Assembly: GCA_963704645.1 (NCBI GenBank)
Contig: OY969926.1
Coordinates: 544,001-608,000, forward strand
Origin: an uncultured bacterium
GTDB lineage: Bacteria; Patescibacteriota; JACMRA01
Reading direction: 5' to 3'
DNA: 64,000 nucleotides
Below, one piece after another: positions 36,848 through 46,358 of this stretch. The stretch's first letter is position 1. Every line of letters starts with the position of its first letter. The position numbers and the translations under genes are program-made. The notes beneath the pieces were generated by a model that was given only the letters and a program-made list of their open reading frames with translations, made no database searches and was not told the DNA's origin.

Positions 36848-38611
36848 TTAATTTTCTGAGAGGATTTGTTTAATAGTGTCAAAAATTGGTTTAAAACTTT
36901 CAAAGTCATGATCTAGGAAATCTTGAGTTGATTCTGCGAACTTTGTTTTGTCTCCTTTAAATTCACTTCTTTTTCTATCCGTTCCTGCAATATTTACGTG
37001 TTCTAAGTTGTCAGTCATATCAAGTTTTTCGTCGGTAAACATAAGCTCAATAGAAAGTAAAGATTCGTTTCCCAGTTCTTTGGAAGCATAAAGTGTTCTA
37101 TGAGGTGGAATTGGCAAAATTAAAGCATGGCACTTATTATTCTGCATCGATTGTCTGCTTAAACAGCTGTACTTATTATGATCAATTTCACTCCATTTTG
37201 TACTTCCATTTTTCAGTCCTTTAAACTGGTTAAATCCTTCACAATCAAAATCAAATAGGCCTATTGTTTTGTGTATAAAGTGATCCAATGTTACTGTACT
37301 AAGTAATATACTAATTTGGCTTACACTAGTTGCATCAATTATTGCAAAATTCATAATATTTTTAGGGTACAATATATTCCAGGCGTTTTCAAGAATAATT
37401 TTATCTGACGGTCCTTCTACAAATAAAATTGGTTTGTTTAATTTTTCATATTCCTCCATTTTTTTCTTTAACTCACCAACTTGTGGGTAGAATTTTTCTA
37501 AAACTAGTTTAACTTCTTCAATTTCTTTTAAATCTTCAGTATTTTTTATTACCAATCTCTCTTTTCCTGAATTTGCCTTATTCACTTCATAAAAGCTAGT
37601 TACTTTACCATTTCCAATTTCTGTTGGGGCAAAAGTGGCTGTAATTGGGTTGTGTGTTGTAAGAATTACGGTTACATCTTTTTTAAGAAAGAAATCAATT
37701 AATATTTCATAAAATGCATTAGTTAGGGAAGGGTTAAAAGTTGCATCATATTCATCCAATAGTAATAGTTTTGGTGGCATTCCATCTATTTTAGCTTTCA
37801 TGGAAGCAATGGCAAGTGAAAATATCGCTTTTTCGCCGTCTGAAAGATCTGCTAGTCCAAAACCAAGTTCATTTCCATTGGAATCAAGCAAACTTACTCC
37901 GCCAATGATACCAGTAGAATTTAACTGGTAATTATTGCTAAATCTATAGTTAAATCCGACTTTTTCAAATAATTTGTTTAGCACTGCCCAAGGCTTTTCA
38001 TTATCTTTCTCGAACTCTTCCCAAGTTTTTGTTGTTGTTTTACTCTTATTTTCTGGCTTTTCTGAGTATGTATGTCTACTCCATAAGTAATCTAAAAATA
38101 GGTCATTAATGTCGTTATAGTTGAATAAATTGTCTGGACTAAGCACAAACCCTTCAATTCTACTTAAACTTTCCATTACCTCTTCCTCACTATTAAATTC
38201 ATTCTTATTTGTTTTGCTATAAAAATTAAGTAAAGATTTACTATATCCAATTGAAGAATTAGAGTTTTGCTTATAGTTTCTGTGTGCACTATAAATATTT
38301 TGAGCATATGAAGATTTATAATTTGGATTTAAAGCAGGTATACCCTCATTTTTTATTTGATCTTTGAAGGACTGAACTAGAATTTCACTTAATTTTATAA
38401 CCTCACCATTTTTTTTAATTCCAGCGTTTAGCTCTCTACTAGTGGTGTGAAGCCAAGGCCTAGTAAATATTTTTAGAAACTGGCTTTTCCCACTGCCATT
38501 AACCCCTGTTAAAATTATTAAATCACCTCTTAGTTCATACTCCCTGGCTTTAAAAGATTTGTAATCTTCTAGTAGGTTAATTTTTATTGTATTTTCGTTT
38601 TCTTCTTGCAT
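36848..38611 (-). CDS. OLD-like ABC ATPase-TOPRIM nuclease
   Basis: Walker A GVNGSGKS, LSDGE, LLLLDE, TTH; TOPRIM motifs FVEGPSD and FDFD. Confidence 0.82.
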   Translation of the reverse strand: MQEENENTIKINLLEDYKSFKAREYELRGDLIILTGVNGSGKSQFLKIFTRPWLHTTSRELNAGIKKNGEVIKLSEILVQSFKDQIKNEGIPALNPNYKSSYAQNIYSAHRNYKQNSNSSIGYSKSLLNFYSKTNKNEFNSEEEVMESLSRIEGFVLSPDNLFNYNDINDLFLDYLWSRHTYSEKPENKSKTTTKTWEEFEKDNEKPWAVLNKLFEKVGFNYRFSNNYQLNSTGIIGGVSLLDSNGNELGFGLADLSDGEKAIFSLAIASMKAKIDGMPPKLLLLDEYDATFNPSLTNAFYEILIDFFLKKDVTVILTTHNPITATFAPTEIGNGKVTSFYEVNKANSGKERLVIKNTEDLKEIEEVKLVLEKFYPQVGELKKKMEEYEKLNKPILFVEGPSDKIILENAWNILYPKNIMNFAIIDATSVSQISILLSTVTLDHFIHKTIGLFDFDCEGFNQFKGLKNGSTKWSEIDHNKYSCLSRQSMQNNKCHALILPIPPHRTLYASKELGNESLLSIELMFTDEKLDMTDNLEHVNIAGTDRKRSEFKGDKTKFAESTQDFLDHDFESFKPIFDTIKQILSEN

Positions 38612-38724
38612 AATTGCTATACGTTATATAGCCTTAAAAAAGCTTGAAGTCTAAATACTGTCAAAAATTATTTGGCTTAACCAGATAAAATATTTTTGAA
38701 ATTCTACTCCTGTTTTTTGAACAT

Positions 38725-39930
38725 CTACCCATTGCTTTTGACTGCAATAATAAAGTGGCTGTTATCGGGTAGGGTTATGGAATCTAAAAACTGGAAATCT
38801 GCTTCTGTGAATAGTCTTGCACATTCATCTATATTGCCAATAGAGTAAATCCATAAAGTAATTTTATCTTTCTTTTGAAGGGTGACTGATCTTTTAAAAT
38901 CTTCATGTTCGAAATCTATGGTGTAATCTTTATCTAAAATTAAATATTCCACCTTCTGATTTTTAACAGAGTCAAATTCATTCATAAGCTCACACTTATC
39001 AATATCAATTCCAAGTAGCTGTGGAATCCAAGTGTCTTGTACTATTGCCTCAGGTGAGTGAATGTATGAAAAATTAAAATTGTTTATTGGTGCACTTACA
39101 TTATTATTTAGCAATACAATATCGTCTGGGCTTAAAGATCTTCTTATGTTCCTTAATATAGAACTGGTTTCGTAGCTATTTAAAATGGTACCACCTAAAA
39201 TAAATACAATATTAGCTACTTTTTTGTCTTGACTATAACTATAGGAAAAGGCTGTATCAATTCTATCTCTTTCAATATCTAACAATAGTTTTTCGTATTC
39301 TAAGCCTTTCACTTCGGCCGATATATTTTCAATAGATTGATCTAATAAACCAGAGCTAATATCTATTCCAATGTACTTTTTTAAATTAACCTGTTTTTGT
39401 AGTTTTTTAATAAAATTAATTAAAGGTAGGCCATTTCCTGGGCCAATATCTACAATGTTTACTTCATCATAATTCTTCATTTTTTGTACTAAAATGGGTA
39501 AGTATAAATCTAAAACCTGCCTTGTTCTTTCGGGCACTTGGTAAGTCCCATTCTCATCATTTTCTTGGTAAAACTGGTCCCAATAGTCTGCTCCTTCGCC
39601 TTTGTAGGTGAACTTATAGTTAATATTTTTGTTATACTCCAAATCTCTAACAATTTCAGTTAGCTCGTCTTTAGAAAAATAATTGTAAAATTCTGGGTCT
39701 ACGCTGGTTTTGGAGGAGTAAATTTTTTGTCTTTTTGTTGTGGCTCTTTGGCCTAAAGTGTCTAAAACTAGCCAGTTTTCTGGGGTGTTAAGTAATCTAA
39801 TTCTTTTTCCAACCTTATCGTATTTTAGGTTTGCTTCACCCTTGGAAGCTAATAAAAGCCATTTGGCAACTGTAACGTTTGAGACACCGTATTTACTATT
39901 TAATTCACTGGTGGATACGTATTTTATCAT
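38725..39930 (-). CDS. N-terminal HTH fused to EgtD-like SAM-dependent methyltransferase
   Basis: ELNSKYGVSNVTVAKW (HTH-like); KFTY..EGADYW, IVDIGPGNG, GIDIS and LGGTILN. Confidence 0.75.
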   Translation of the reverse strand: MIKYVSTSELNSKYGVSNVTVAKWLLLASKGEANLKYDKVGKRIRLLNTPENWLVLDTLGQRATTKRQKIYSSKTSVDPEFYNYFSKDELTEIVRDLEYNKNINYKFTYKGEGADYWDQFYQENDENGTYQVPERTRQVLDLYLPILVQKMKNYDEVNIVDIGPGNGLPLINFIKKLQKQVNLKKYIGIDISSGLLDQSIENISAEVKGLEYEKLLLDIERDRIDTAFSYSYSQDKKVANIVFILGGTILNSYETSSILRNIRRSLSPDDIVLLNNNVSAPINNFNFSYIHSPEAIVQDTWIPQLLGIDIDKCELMNEFDSVKNQKVEYLILDKDYTIDFEHEDFKRSVTLQKKDKITLWIYSIGNIDECARLFTEADFQFLDSITLPDNSHFIIAVKSNG

Positions 39931-40026
39931 ATAAGAAGGGTGTTGGTGTAAAATTACTTGACTAAGTTAATAATTTATTATTAAGTAACTGGATTTGAGT
40001 TTTAGTGCAAATTAATAGATAAATCT

Positions 40027-40185
40027 ATGTCTATCAAGAAAAATATTAAAGACGACGCTGTATACAAGCAAATTCTTCTGTTAATGAAGGAAACTGAACT
40101 GTTATACAATTTGTCTAATGGGCTTTCTAAAAGAAGACGCCAATATATTAGAGATAGATTTAAAAAAATTTGGAAGAGTGCTTAA
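40027..40185 (+). CDS. small basic hypothetical protein (52 aa, not in track)
   Basis: MSIKKNIKDDAVYKQILLLMKETELLYNLSNGLSKRRRQYIRDRFKKIWKSA. Confidence 0.4.
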   Translation: MSIKKNIKDDAVYKQILLLMKETELLYNLSNGLSKRRRQYIRDRFKKIWKSA

Positions 40186-40490
40186 CTTTTCTATTCTGTT
40201 AAACATACTTTGTATCAAATCGTCAAAGAATTACTTAAAAACCTTGTATTTGTGAGCAAATCCGGTAACTTAATTAGTGTTCTTTAGTTAACTTGTTTAA
40301 ATTCAATTACTTAAACTTCTTACAATTCTAATTCAAATATGACTTATTTCATAGATACAACCTTCAAATCTGCCTAGTTTGTATTAACTTTTAAATATTA
40401 ACTAACTTTTTATATATTCTAGCTAATTTTTTTAATTAATATTCTTACAAGCAAAATAAAACCTTTTAAAACCTTTTACTTTCCAACAAA

Positions 40491-40844
40491 ATGTTCCATC
40501 CACAAGAGTTTAAAAAAGAAGTAGTGCAATATTTACTTCAACATGGAATTAAACAAACTTTAGAAAAATATAATAAAATACCCAAATCTACAATTTATTA
40601 TTGGGTATATAAAATAAATCAAGAAAATAATTTAAACAAAAATAACTCTTTCTATTATTCCAAAACAAGAATAGATCCTAGAATAATTGTATTCATAAAA
40701 AAGATTAGGGTGCTATTTCCAACCATAACCAGAAAAAAAATAAAACAATTGTGTGACCAGTATTCCTATATAAATAATACATCATATATTTCAATTTCCA
40801 GCGTAGGTAGGATATTGAAAAGAATAGTGGAGGGGGAAGAGTAG
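40491..40844 (+). CDS. double-HTH protein like the N-terminus of IS481/IS3-type transposases, without DDE domain
   Basis: IPKSTIYYW and IKKIR..FP....KKI...ISISSVGRILKR; stop codon before any integrase core. Confidence 0.6.
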   Translation: MFHPQEFKKEVVQYLLQHGIKQTLEKYNKIPKSTIYYWVYKINQENNLNKNNSFYYSKTRIDPRIIVFIKKIRVLFPTITRKKIKQLCDQYSYINNTSYISISSVGRILKRIVEGEE

Positions 40845-40862
40845 GGGGGTAAATCCATAAGG

Positions 40863-40887
40863 TGTAGCGGAGACAGCCGTGTCTCCA
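40863..40887 (+). repeat. GTAG-type REP
   Basis: TGTAGCGGAGACAGCCGTGTCTCCA; inverted copy at 41312-41336 (22/25 identical). Confidence 0.7.
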
Positions 40888-40967
40888 TTTGGTATTATTG
40901 ATTTTTGTGAATTTTATAGAGCCAATTTAGGCCAAGTTTACGAGTCACAAATTTAAAAATTGATTTC

Positions 40968-41006
40968 CCACTTTTCCTGATCTGCACAGGTCAGTCCAAA
41001 AATGAA
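40968..41006 (+). repeat. conserved upstream motif, copy C
   Basis: CCACTTTTCCTGATCTGCACAGGTCAGTCCAAAAATGAA aligns with the reverse complement of copies A and B. Confidence 0.75.
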
Positions 41007-41078
41007 CACAAAATATCTTGGACATATATAAGCTTTATCTGAAGAATTGATCATTCACAATTCAGATACAGACTATTT

Positions 41079-44000
41079 ATGAACAAAGATAAATTAAACT
41101 TTTTAAAACACAATTGGCAGAAAAGTCTATCTCCATCAATTACTATCTTTCTAACAACATTAACCATCCTAACCCCAATACTCTCACTAACAACAAGTGC
41201 TAAAATTACTTTTAATAACTACGATGAAAGTAAAATTAAATATTCTAAAGATAGGCCTACTTCTAAATTCAAATCTAATGAGGCGGGTTTCGTCTCTACA
41301 TCAAATGCCTCTGGAGACCAGGGTGTCTCCGCTACACAGGAACAAACTCTCGAGACATCACCAACTCTTCCGCCTAACAAATTAACCATACAAGCCACAG
41401 GGTGTTATTACATTTCAAGAATAAGTAATGATGGTGCGGGGGGTAAGTTGTATTTAACGGGAATGAGCGAAGACGTCTCAGATAAACTAATTTCAGACAA
41501 TTACAATAACCTTACTACAAAACCAAACTTTATTCTTTTAGGAAACTTCCTTTCAGGCCAAGATCTAATTCTTAAAATAACTCCCTTCTACTCACAATCA
41601 CCTAAAACCATTCTTTCTACAGATTCCAGTAGAGTAAAACAAGTAAACTTAGGAAACAATAGCTATTCTCTTTCCTTTGAAGATTGGTTAGACTATGACT
41701 TTAATGATATTGTGCTTAAAGTAGAGAAGGGTATTTGTGAAGGTGAGGGCGAACCTGAGCCTCCAAGTAATCCAGAGCCACCTACTACGCCAACTCCTCA
41801 GCCAACAATTCCTCCAACTCAGCCAGAAACTCCGCTAACCCATCAAGAAAAACAAAAGAGACTGGAAGAATGGAAAAGACCAGAGCCTCAAACTCCTATT
41901 AGGCCTACAATACCTACACCTAAACCAGCACTTCCACAGGTTCCAGTAACTTCTCCAGTAATTATTGATACTCCTCAACCAGTAACTCAAACTCCAATAA
42001 TTCCGCCTTCTGAAGCCACTCAATCCTTAGTGACTAAAACTACACTTGCTCCAACCACTTCCCTTGCTACCACCACCCCCACAGTCCAACCCCTAGCCAT
42101 AACAGGAACTCCCTTATACAACGAATGTAACTACCCAGAACTTCCCTATGATAACTGGTGTGCTCAATATTACAACAACAATCCTTATTCTGGAATAATG
42201 TCTTATTCTGAAAACTATTATCCTGCTAGAGATTCTCTTGGAAGAACAGATTACATTAACAAAGATTGGGGTTATGGTAACCCTGGAGGAGTAACCCCCT
42301 CTGATTACTTCTCAGCTAAATTTAGTAAAAAACAATGGTTTGAATCAGGTCATTACAAATTCTATACAGGTTACGACGATGGAATGAAATTAGTTATTAA
42401 TGGAAACATTGTAATAGATAAATGGGAAAACCCAGCCGCAGATACTGACACCAGAATAGATCTACCAACAGGCTGGCACGTAATGGAAGTATACTATCAA
42501 GAAAAAACAGGAAGTGCTAAACTAACCCTTTCTTGGGAACTAGCATGTAAAACCAATAATAACTTCTCAGACTGGTGTGTAGAATTCTACCCTAACAAAT
42601 ATCAAACAGGAATACCTGTAAAACCAGTAACCAGACTAGGGGACTTTTGGGATGATAACTGGGGGAATAATAATCCTACTGTAAACTTAACTAAGGGAGG
42701 AATAAATTCTTTTTCAGGAACTTACCTAAACTCACCTTCAGGAATAAGCTCCCTTCCAACAGATAACTTTTCTGGTTACTTTACCAAAATGCATTATTTC
42801 CCGGCCTCCACATTCACTTTCATTTCAAAGGCTGATGACGGAACTGAAATTATATTAGACGGAACTAGGATAATTAATCAGCCTGGGTGTTGCTCTGAAA
42901 CCAGAACAGACAGATATCTTACTGAAGGTTGGTATCTTCTTCAAGTTAAGTTTAGGGAAGATGCTGGACAGGCCGCTTTTGCTTTGAGGTGGGAGTATAC
43001 AGACAGTATAAAACCTGATGGAAGAATAATAAACCCAAGTGCAAACTATCAAACAATTACAGGAAACAACTTTACAGTAAAAGCTGAGGCTTGGGATTTA
43101 TCTACACCACAAAGTCTTGTAAGCTATGTAGATTTCTACGCCTACTACGACAGTAAATTATTATTCCTTGGTAGAGAATACAACGACAATGTGGATTATC
43201 TTTATTCAGCCAACATTGATCTTACCAAAGTATCTAGCTCTCAGAATATTGAGTTTAGTATAAATATTACAGACAGAGCGGGCAATGTTAAGATTGGTGG
43301 GTGGGGTAGTGTTTGGGGGAGATTTAATAAGAATCTTTCGCAGGCAGAAAGTTTAATTAATGATGGGTTGTATAATTATTTAGCAAAGAGAGAGTGTACA
43401 GCATCGTGTGATACGGAAATTCAGTTTCATGCTAAAATGGTTTTAGCAATATGGACAGCAACGACAGGTCGAAACCCATCAACAACTTTTCTGTCCTGCC
43501 AAGATTTAAACTACCTACAATCTTTTCTAAATAATAAGAAAAACTCTAATTGGTATACTTCAGATGAGCCAAAAAGATTGTTTTTAAATGCTGTATTTGT
43601 TTTAAATGAAAGAACTTTAATGAATTCCTACTGTAAAAATACAATGGAAGCTTACGTAGCAAGTGCTAATTTTATTGCTCTATCTTGGCAAAGTACCAAT
43701 AACAAGGACAGATTTATTTACGATCTAGGAACAGTTTTTGCCAATAGACCCGGTAAAAATTGCATAATAAGTATAGATGGGTGTAATGCAGGTACAGTAT
43801 ATGAAGAAGCCTACCATATAGTGGAATTTCATGGCTCTTCTGGTTACAATTATATTTTTGATGATGAGGGGACTAAATCTAACCTTGCATGGCATAATAC
43901 TGGTGGAGGAATAAACTTTGCGTATGCAGGTGATAGCCAAAACTCGGTTGGTTATCCTTTTATTGGAGTAAACTTACCATTACCTTTATTTGGATCCAAT

Positions 44001-44312
44001 GAATGGTGGTTAATGTTCCACGAAGCTTATAAAAAGAATACTTTTGTACCTCCACAGTTTTATAGGACTTTACCAGACCCTGCAGAGAATGGTTCAAGCT
44101 GGATGGATTTATTTTCTAGTTATGAAGCCATAAAATTAGGCAAAGATCTAAGAGAAAACAGAGTAAGCGTTTCAACTTTTGCCAATGAATACAAAAATAG
44201 ATTTAGTAAGACACATAACGTCTGTAATGAGTATGTACCTCGAGTTCCCATCGATAGACTTTATTGGGATGATGTGACTTGTAACACAGTTCCAACCAGA
44301 TTAAAAAATTAA
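41079..44312 (+). CDS. large secreted protein: Pro-rich linker, two PA14 domains, Ig-like domain, unknown C-terminal domain (putative polymorphic toxin)
   Basis: Signal-like N-terminus; FEDWLDYDFND; PA14 motifs DYFSAKF..YDDGMKL and DNFSGYF..ADDGTEI; ITDRAGN. Confidence 0.75.
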   Translation: MNKDKLNFLKHNWQKSLSPSITIFLTTLTILTPILSLTTSAKITFNNYDESKIKYSKDRPTSKFKSNEAGFVSTSNASGDQGVSATQEQTLETSPTLPPNKLTIQATGCYYISRISNDGAGGKLYLTGMSEDVSDKLISDNYNNLTTKPNFILLGNFLSGQDLILKITPFYSQSPKTILSTDSSRVKQVNLGNNSYSLSFEDWLDYDFNDIVLKVEKGICEGEGEPEPPSNPEPPTTPTPQPTIPPTQPETPLTHQEKQKRLEEWKRPEPQTPIRPTIPTPKPALPQVPVTSPVIIDTPQPVTQTPIIPPSEATQSLVTKTTLAPTTSLATTTPTVQPLAITGTPLYNECNYPELPYDNWCAQYYNNNPYSGIMSYSENYYPARDSLGRTDYINKDWGYGNPGGVTPSDYFSAKFSKKQWFESGHYKFYTGYDDGMKLVINGNIVIDKWENPAADTDTRIDLPTGWHVMEVYYQEKTGSAKLTLSWELACKTNNNFSDWCVEFYPNKYQTGIPVKPVTRLGDFWDDNWGNNNPTVNLTKGGINSFSGTYLNSPSGISSLPTDNFSGYFTKMHYFPASTFTFISKADDGTEIILDGTRIINQPGCCSETRTDRYLTEGWYLLQVKFREDAGQAAFALRWEYTDSIKPDGRIINPSANYQTITGNNFTVKAEAWDLSTPQSLVSYVDFYAYYDSKLLFLGREYNDNVDYLYSANIDLTKVSSSQNIEFSINITDRAGNVKIGGWGSVWGRFNKNLSQAESLINDGLYNYLAKRECTASCDTEIQFHAKMVLAIWTATTGRNPSTTFLSCQDLNYLQSFLNNKKNSNWYTSDEPKRLFLNAVFVLNERTLMNSYCKNTMEAYVASANFIALSWQSTNNKDRFIYDLGTVFANRPGKNCIISIDGCNAGTVYEEAYHIVEFHGSSGYNYIFDDEGTKSNLAWHNTGGGINFAYAGDSQNSVGYPFIGVNLPLPLFGSNEWWLMFHEAYKKNTFVPPQFYRTLPDPAENGSSWMDLFSSYEAIKLGKDLRENRVSVSTFANEYKNRFSKTHNVCNEYVPRVPIDRLYWDDVTCNTVPTRLKN
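41280..41336 (-). repeat. two GTAG-type REPs inside the CDS
   Basis: Minus strand reads GTAGAGACGAAACCCGCCTC (41280-41299) and GTAGCGGAGACACCCTGGTCTCC. Confidence 0.6.
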
Positions 44313-44314
44313 AT

Positions 44315-44932
44315 ATGACTACACCCTTCTTTAAAAAAGTTAGACTAATCAACTTCACTAAACTTAGCCTAAGATTAAAAATACTTATTGCAATACTAAT
44401 AATTCCTGTAAGCATATTAGTATATAGAGGGGGAATAAAAGTCTACGAAACTTACCAGATATTATTTGATCCTGAGTTTGTTGGAATAAGTACCAACATA
44501 GATTATTTAACTAGTGAAGGAGGGGGCATGCCTTTTAAGCTAAGTGATTTGTGTATTGTAGACCTTAATGAATATACTTCTACAAGCTTAGCCATACCTA
44601 AAGAGTTAACTACAAAAATTAATCTCTCTCTTACTAAATACAATTTTTTGTTGGTAAATGCAAATACTTATATTATACCTACAAATATAAATTCAGGTGA
44701 CGCTTTAATTTATGTTCAAGATAAAAGTATTTGGGACAATTTAAGTTTAAAGGAAAAAAAGGATATGATTCAACAAACTAATAATAATATAAAAGAATAT
44801 TTTAATAAACCAAGTTATACTACATCATTTGTTACTTGCACTCCAAACAGTAGGGGTTACGGAGATAAAAAATGGTTAGGCTACATTGAAAACTTCAAAG
44901 GAAAAGAAAGAATGTCTATTGGGGAGTGGTAG
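44315..44932 (+). CDS. membrane-anchored protein, putative immunity protein 1
   Basis: Starts 2 bp after the large gene; N-terminal TM; paralogue of the next ORF. Confidence 0.7.
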   Translation: MTTPFFKKVRLINFTKLSLRLKILIAILIIPVSILVYRGGIKVYETYQILFDPEFVGISTNIDYLTSEGGGMPFKLSDLCIVDLNEYTSTSLAIPKELTTKINLSLTKYNFLLVNANTYIIPTNINSGDALIYVQDKSIWDNLSLKEKKDMIQQTNNNIKEYFNKPSYTTSFVTCTPNSRGYGDKKWLGYIENFKGKERMSIGEW

Positions 44933-44997
44933 GTGTTTTGTGAAAATGTTGAGCTAATTAAAAAGGTGTTGCAACTCCTATAAACAAAATTAAAAAT

Positions 44998-45669
44998 ATG
45001 ACCTTTTTCAATAAATTCAAACTTTCTAACCTTAAAAAACTTAGCTTAAAATTAAAAATACTTATTGCTATACTAATTATTCCTGCAAGTATATTGTTAT
45101 ATAGAGGGGGAATAAAAATCTACGAAACTTACCAGATATTATTTGATCCACAGTTTGCTGGAATAAGTACTAACATAAGTTATTTAACTAGTGAAGGTGG
45201 AGGCATGCCCTTTAAGTTAAGTCCAATATGCAAATATAAATTGTCTGAATATGATTCGATGCGAACGCCAATTCCGCCCGAACTAAATAAAATTATTAAT
45301 TCTTCTCTCTCTAAATATAATTTCCTATTGGTAGATGCCAATGAGTACAAGCCTGAAGAAGTTCCATATTCTGGAGATGCTTTAATTTATGTTAAAGACA
45401 AAAGTATTTGGGACAATTTAAGCTTAAAAGAAAAGAAAAGTATTATTCAGCAAACCAACAATACTATTAAAGAATATTTCAATATACCAAATTACACCCC
45501 ATCTTCTGTTAACCAACAAGGTATGTATAACGAATATTATAATTCACCAGGTTACACCACATCTTTTGTAGCCTGTATTCCAACCAGTACAAGCTATGGC
45601 GATAAAAAATGGCTAGGCTATATTCAAAATATAAAGGGTAAGGAAAATATTTCTATTGGGGAATGGTAA
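44998..45669 (+). CDS. membrane-anchored protein, putative immunity protein 2
   Basis: Shares YLTSEGGGMPFKLS, SGDALIYV and YGDKKWLGYI...SIGEW with 44315..44932. Confidence 0.7.
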   Translation: MTFFNKFKLSNLKKLSLKLKILIAILIIPASILLYRGGIKIYETYQILFDPQFAGISTNISYLTSEGGGMPFKLSPICKYKLSEYDSMRTPIPPELNKIINSSLSKYNFLLVDANEYKPEEVPYSGDALIYVKDKSIWDNLSLKEKKSIIQQTNNTIKEYFNIPNYTPSSVNQQGMYNEYYNSPGYTTSFVACIPTSTSYGDKKWLGYIQNIKGKENISIGEW

Positions 45670-45676
45670 AAAACTT

Positions 45677-46177
45677 ATGCTAAATCTAATTCTGAAATAC
45701 TCTATTCCCTTATCCATTATTTTAACCGCAGTATTCCATTTTTTTGAAAGAAGCCTTGGTTCTTCTGATAATGAATTAGAGTTTTGTATAAGAGGCTATG
45801 GCTTTCCATTTATTCATACTGTAAGCAGAAATAGGCTTGAAAACTATTTGAACATAATACCAAACTTTATATTTTTCTTTATAATATCGGTTGTTTTTGT
45901 AATAATTTTGTATAAACTAAAACAAATTATAAAAAATAAAATACTGTTACAAAACTTTGATGTGATTGTCATTTCATTTACAGCACTGATAGTAAATTTA
46001 ATTTATTCCTATAAATATTTTATACCAAATAATTTAGAATGTCATTATAACTATGCAGCAAATGACATCTTTGTTGAAATAGTCTTTAAACAATTTCCAA
46101 TAAGTTTGATGGCTGTAATTTTATTTATTTTCGCTTATAGAGTGGGAAAATTATTGATTGAAAAAATTAAATCCTAA
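45677..46177 (+). CDS. 4-TM hypothetical membrane protein
   Basis: Hydrophobic segments and a YGFPF motif; ATG 45677 follows the previous stop. Confidence 0.6.
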   Translation: MLNLILKYSIPLSIILTAVFHFFERSLGSSDNELEFCIRGYGFPFIHTVSRNRLENYLNIIPNFIFFFIISVVFVIILYKLKQIIKNKILLQNFDVIVISFTALIVNLIYSYKYFIPNNLECHYNYAANDIFVEIVFKQFPISLMAVILFIFAYRVGKLLIEKIKS

Positions 46178-46242
46178 CTTTTGCAGCTGCAATGGGATTT
46201 TAATTGTAAGAAATTAAAAGATAGTAATATTAATATCTTGTC

Positions 46243-46290
46243 TGGGATGATGTAACTTCTAATTCAATACGAGCTAGATTAAAAAACTAA
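46243..46290 (+). pseudogene. orphan remnant of the 3' end of 41079..44312
   Basis: WDDVTSNSIRARLKN* vs WDDVTCNTVPTRLKN*; 38/48 nt identical, ungapped. Confidence 0.75.
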
Positions 46291-46358
46291 TAATAAAATA
46301 GAACAGCAAGAAATTGGCCGCGAAAGTCTTTAAATGTACTACAAATCAATCAATAAAT

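Noticed and set aside
40491-40844. Complete insertion sequence
   Set aside because: No DDE domain, terminal inverted repeats or target duplication were found.
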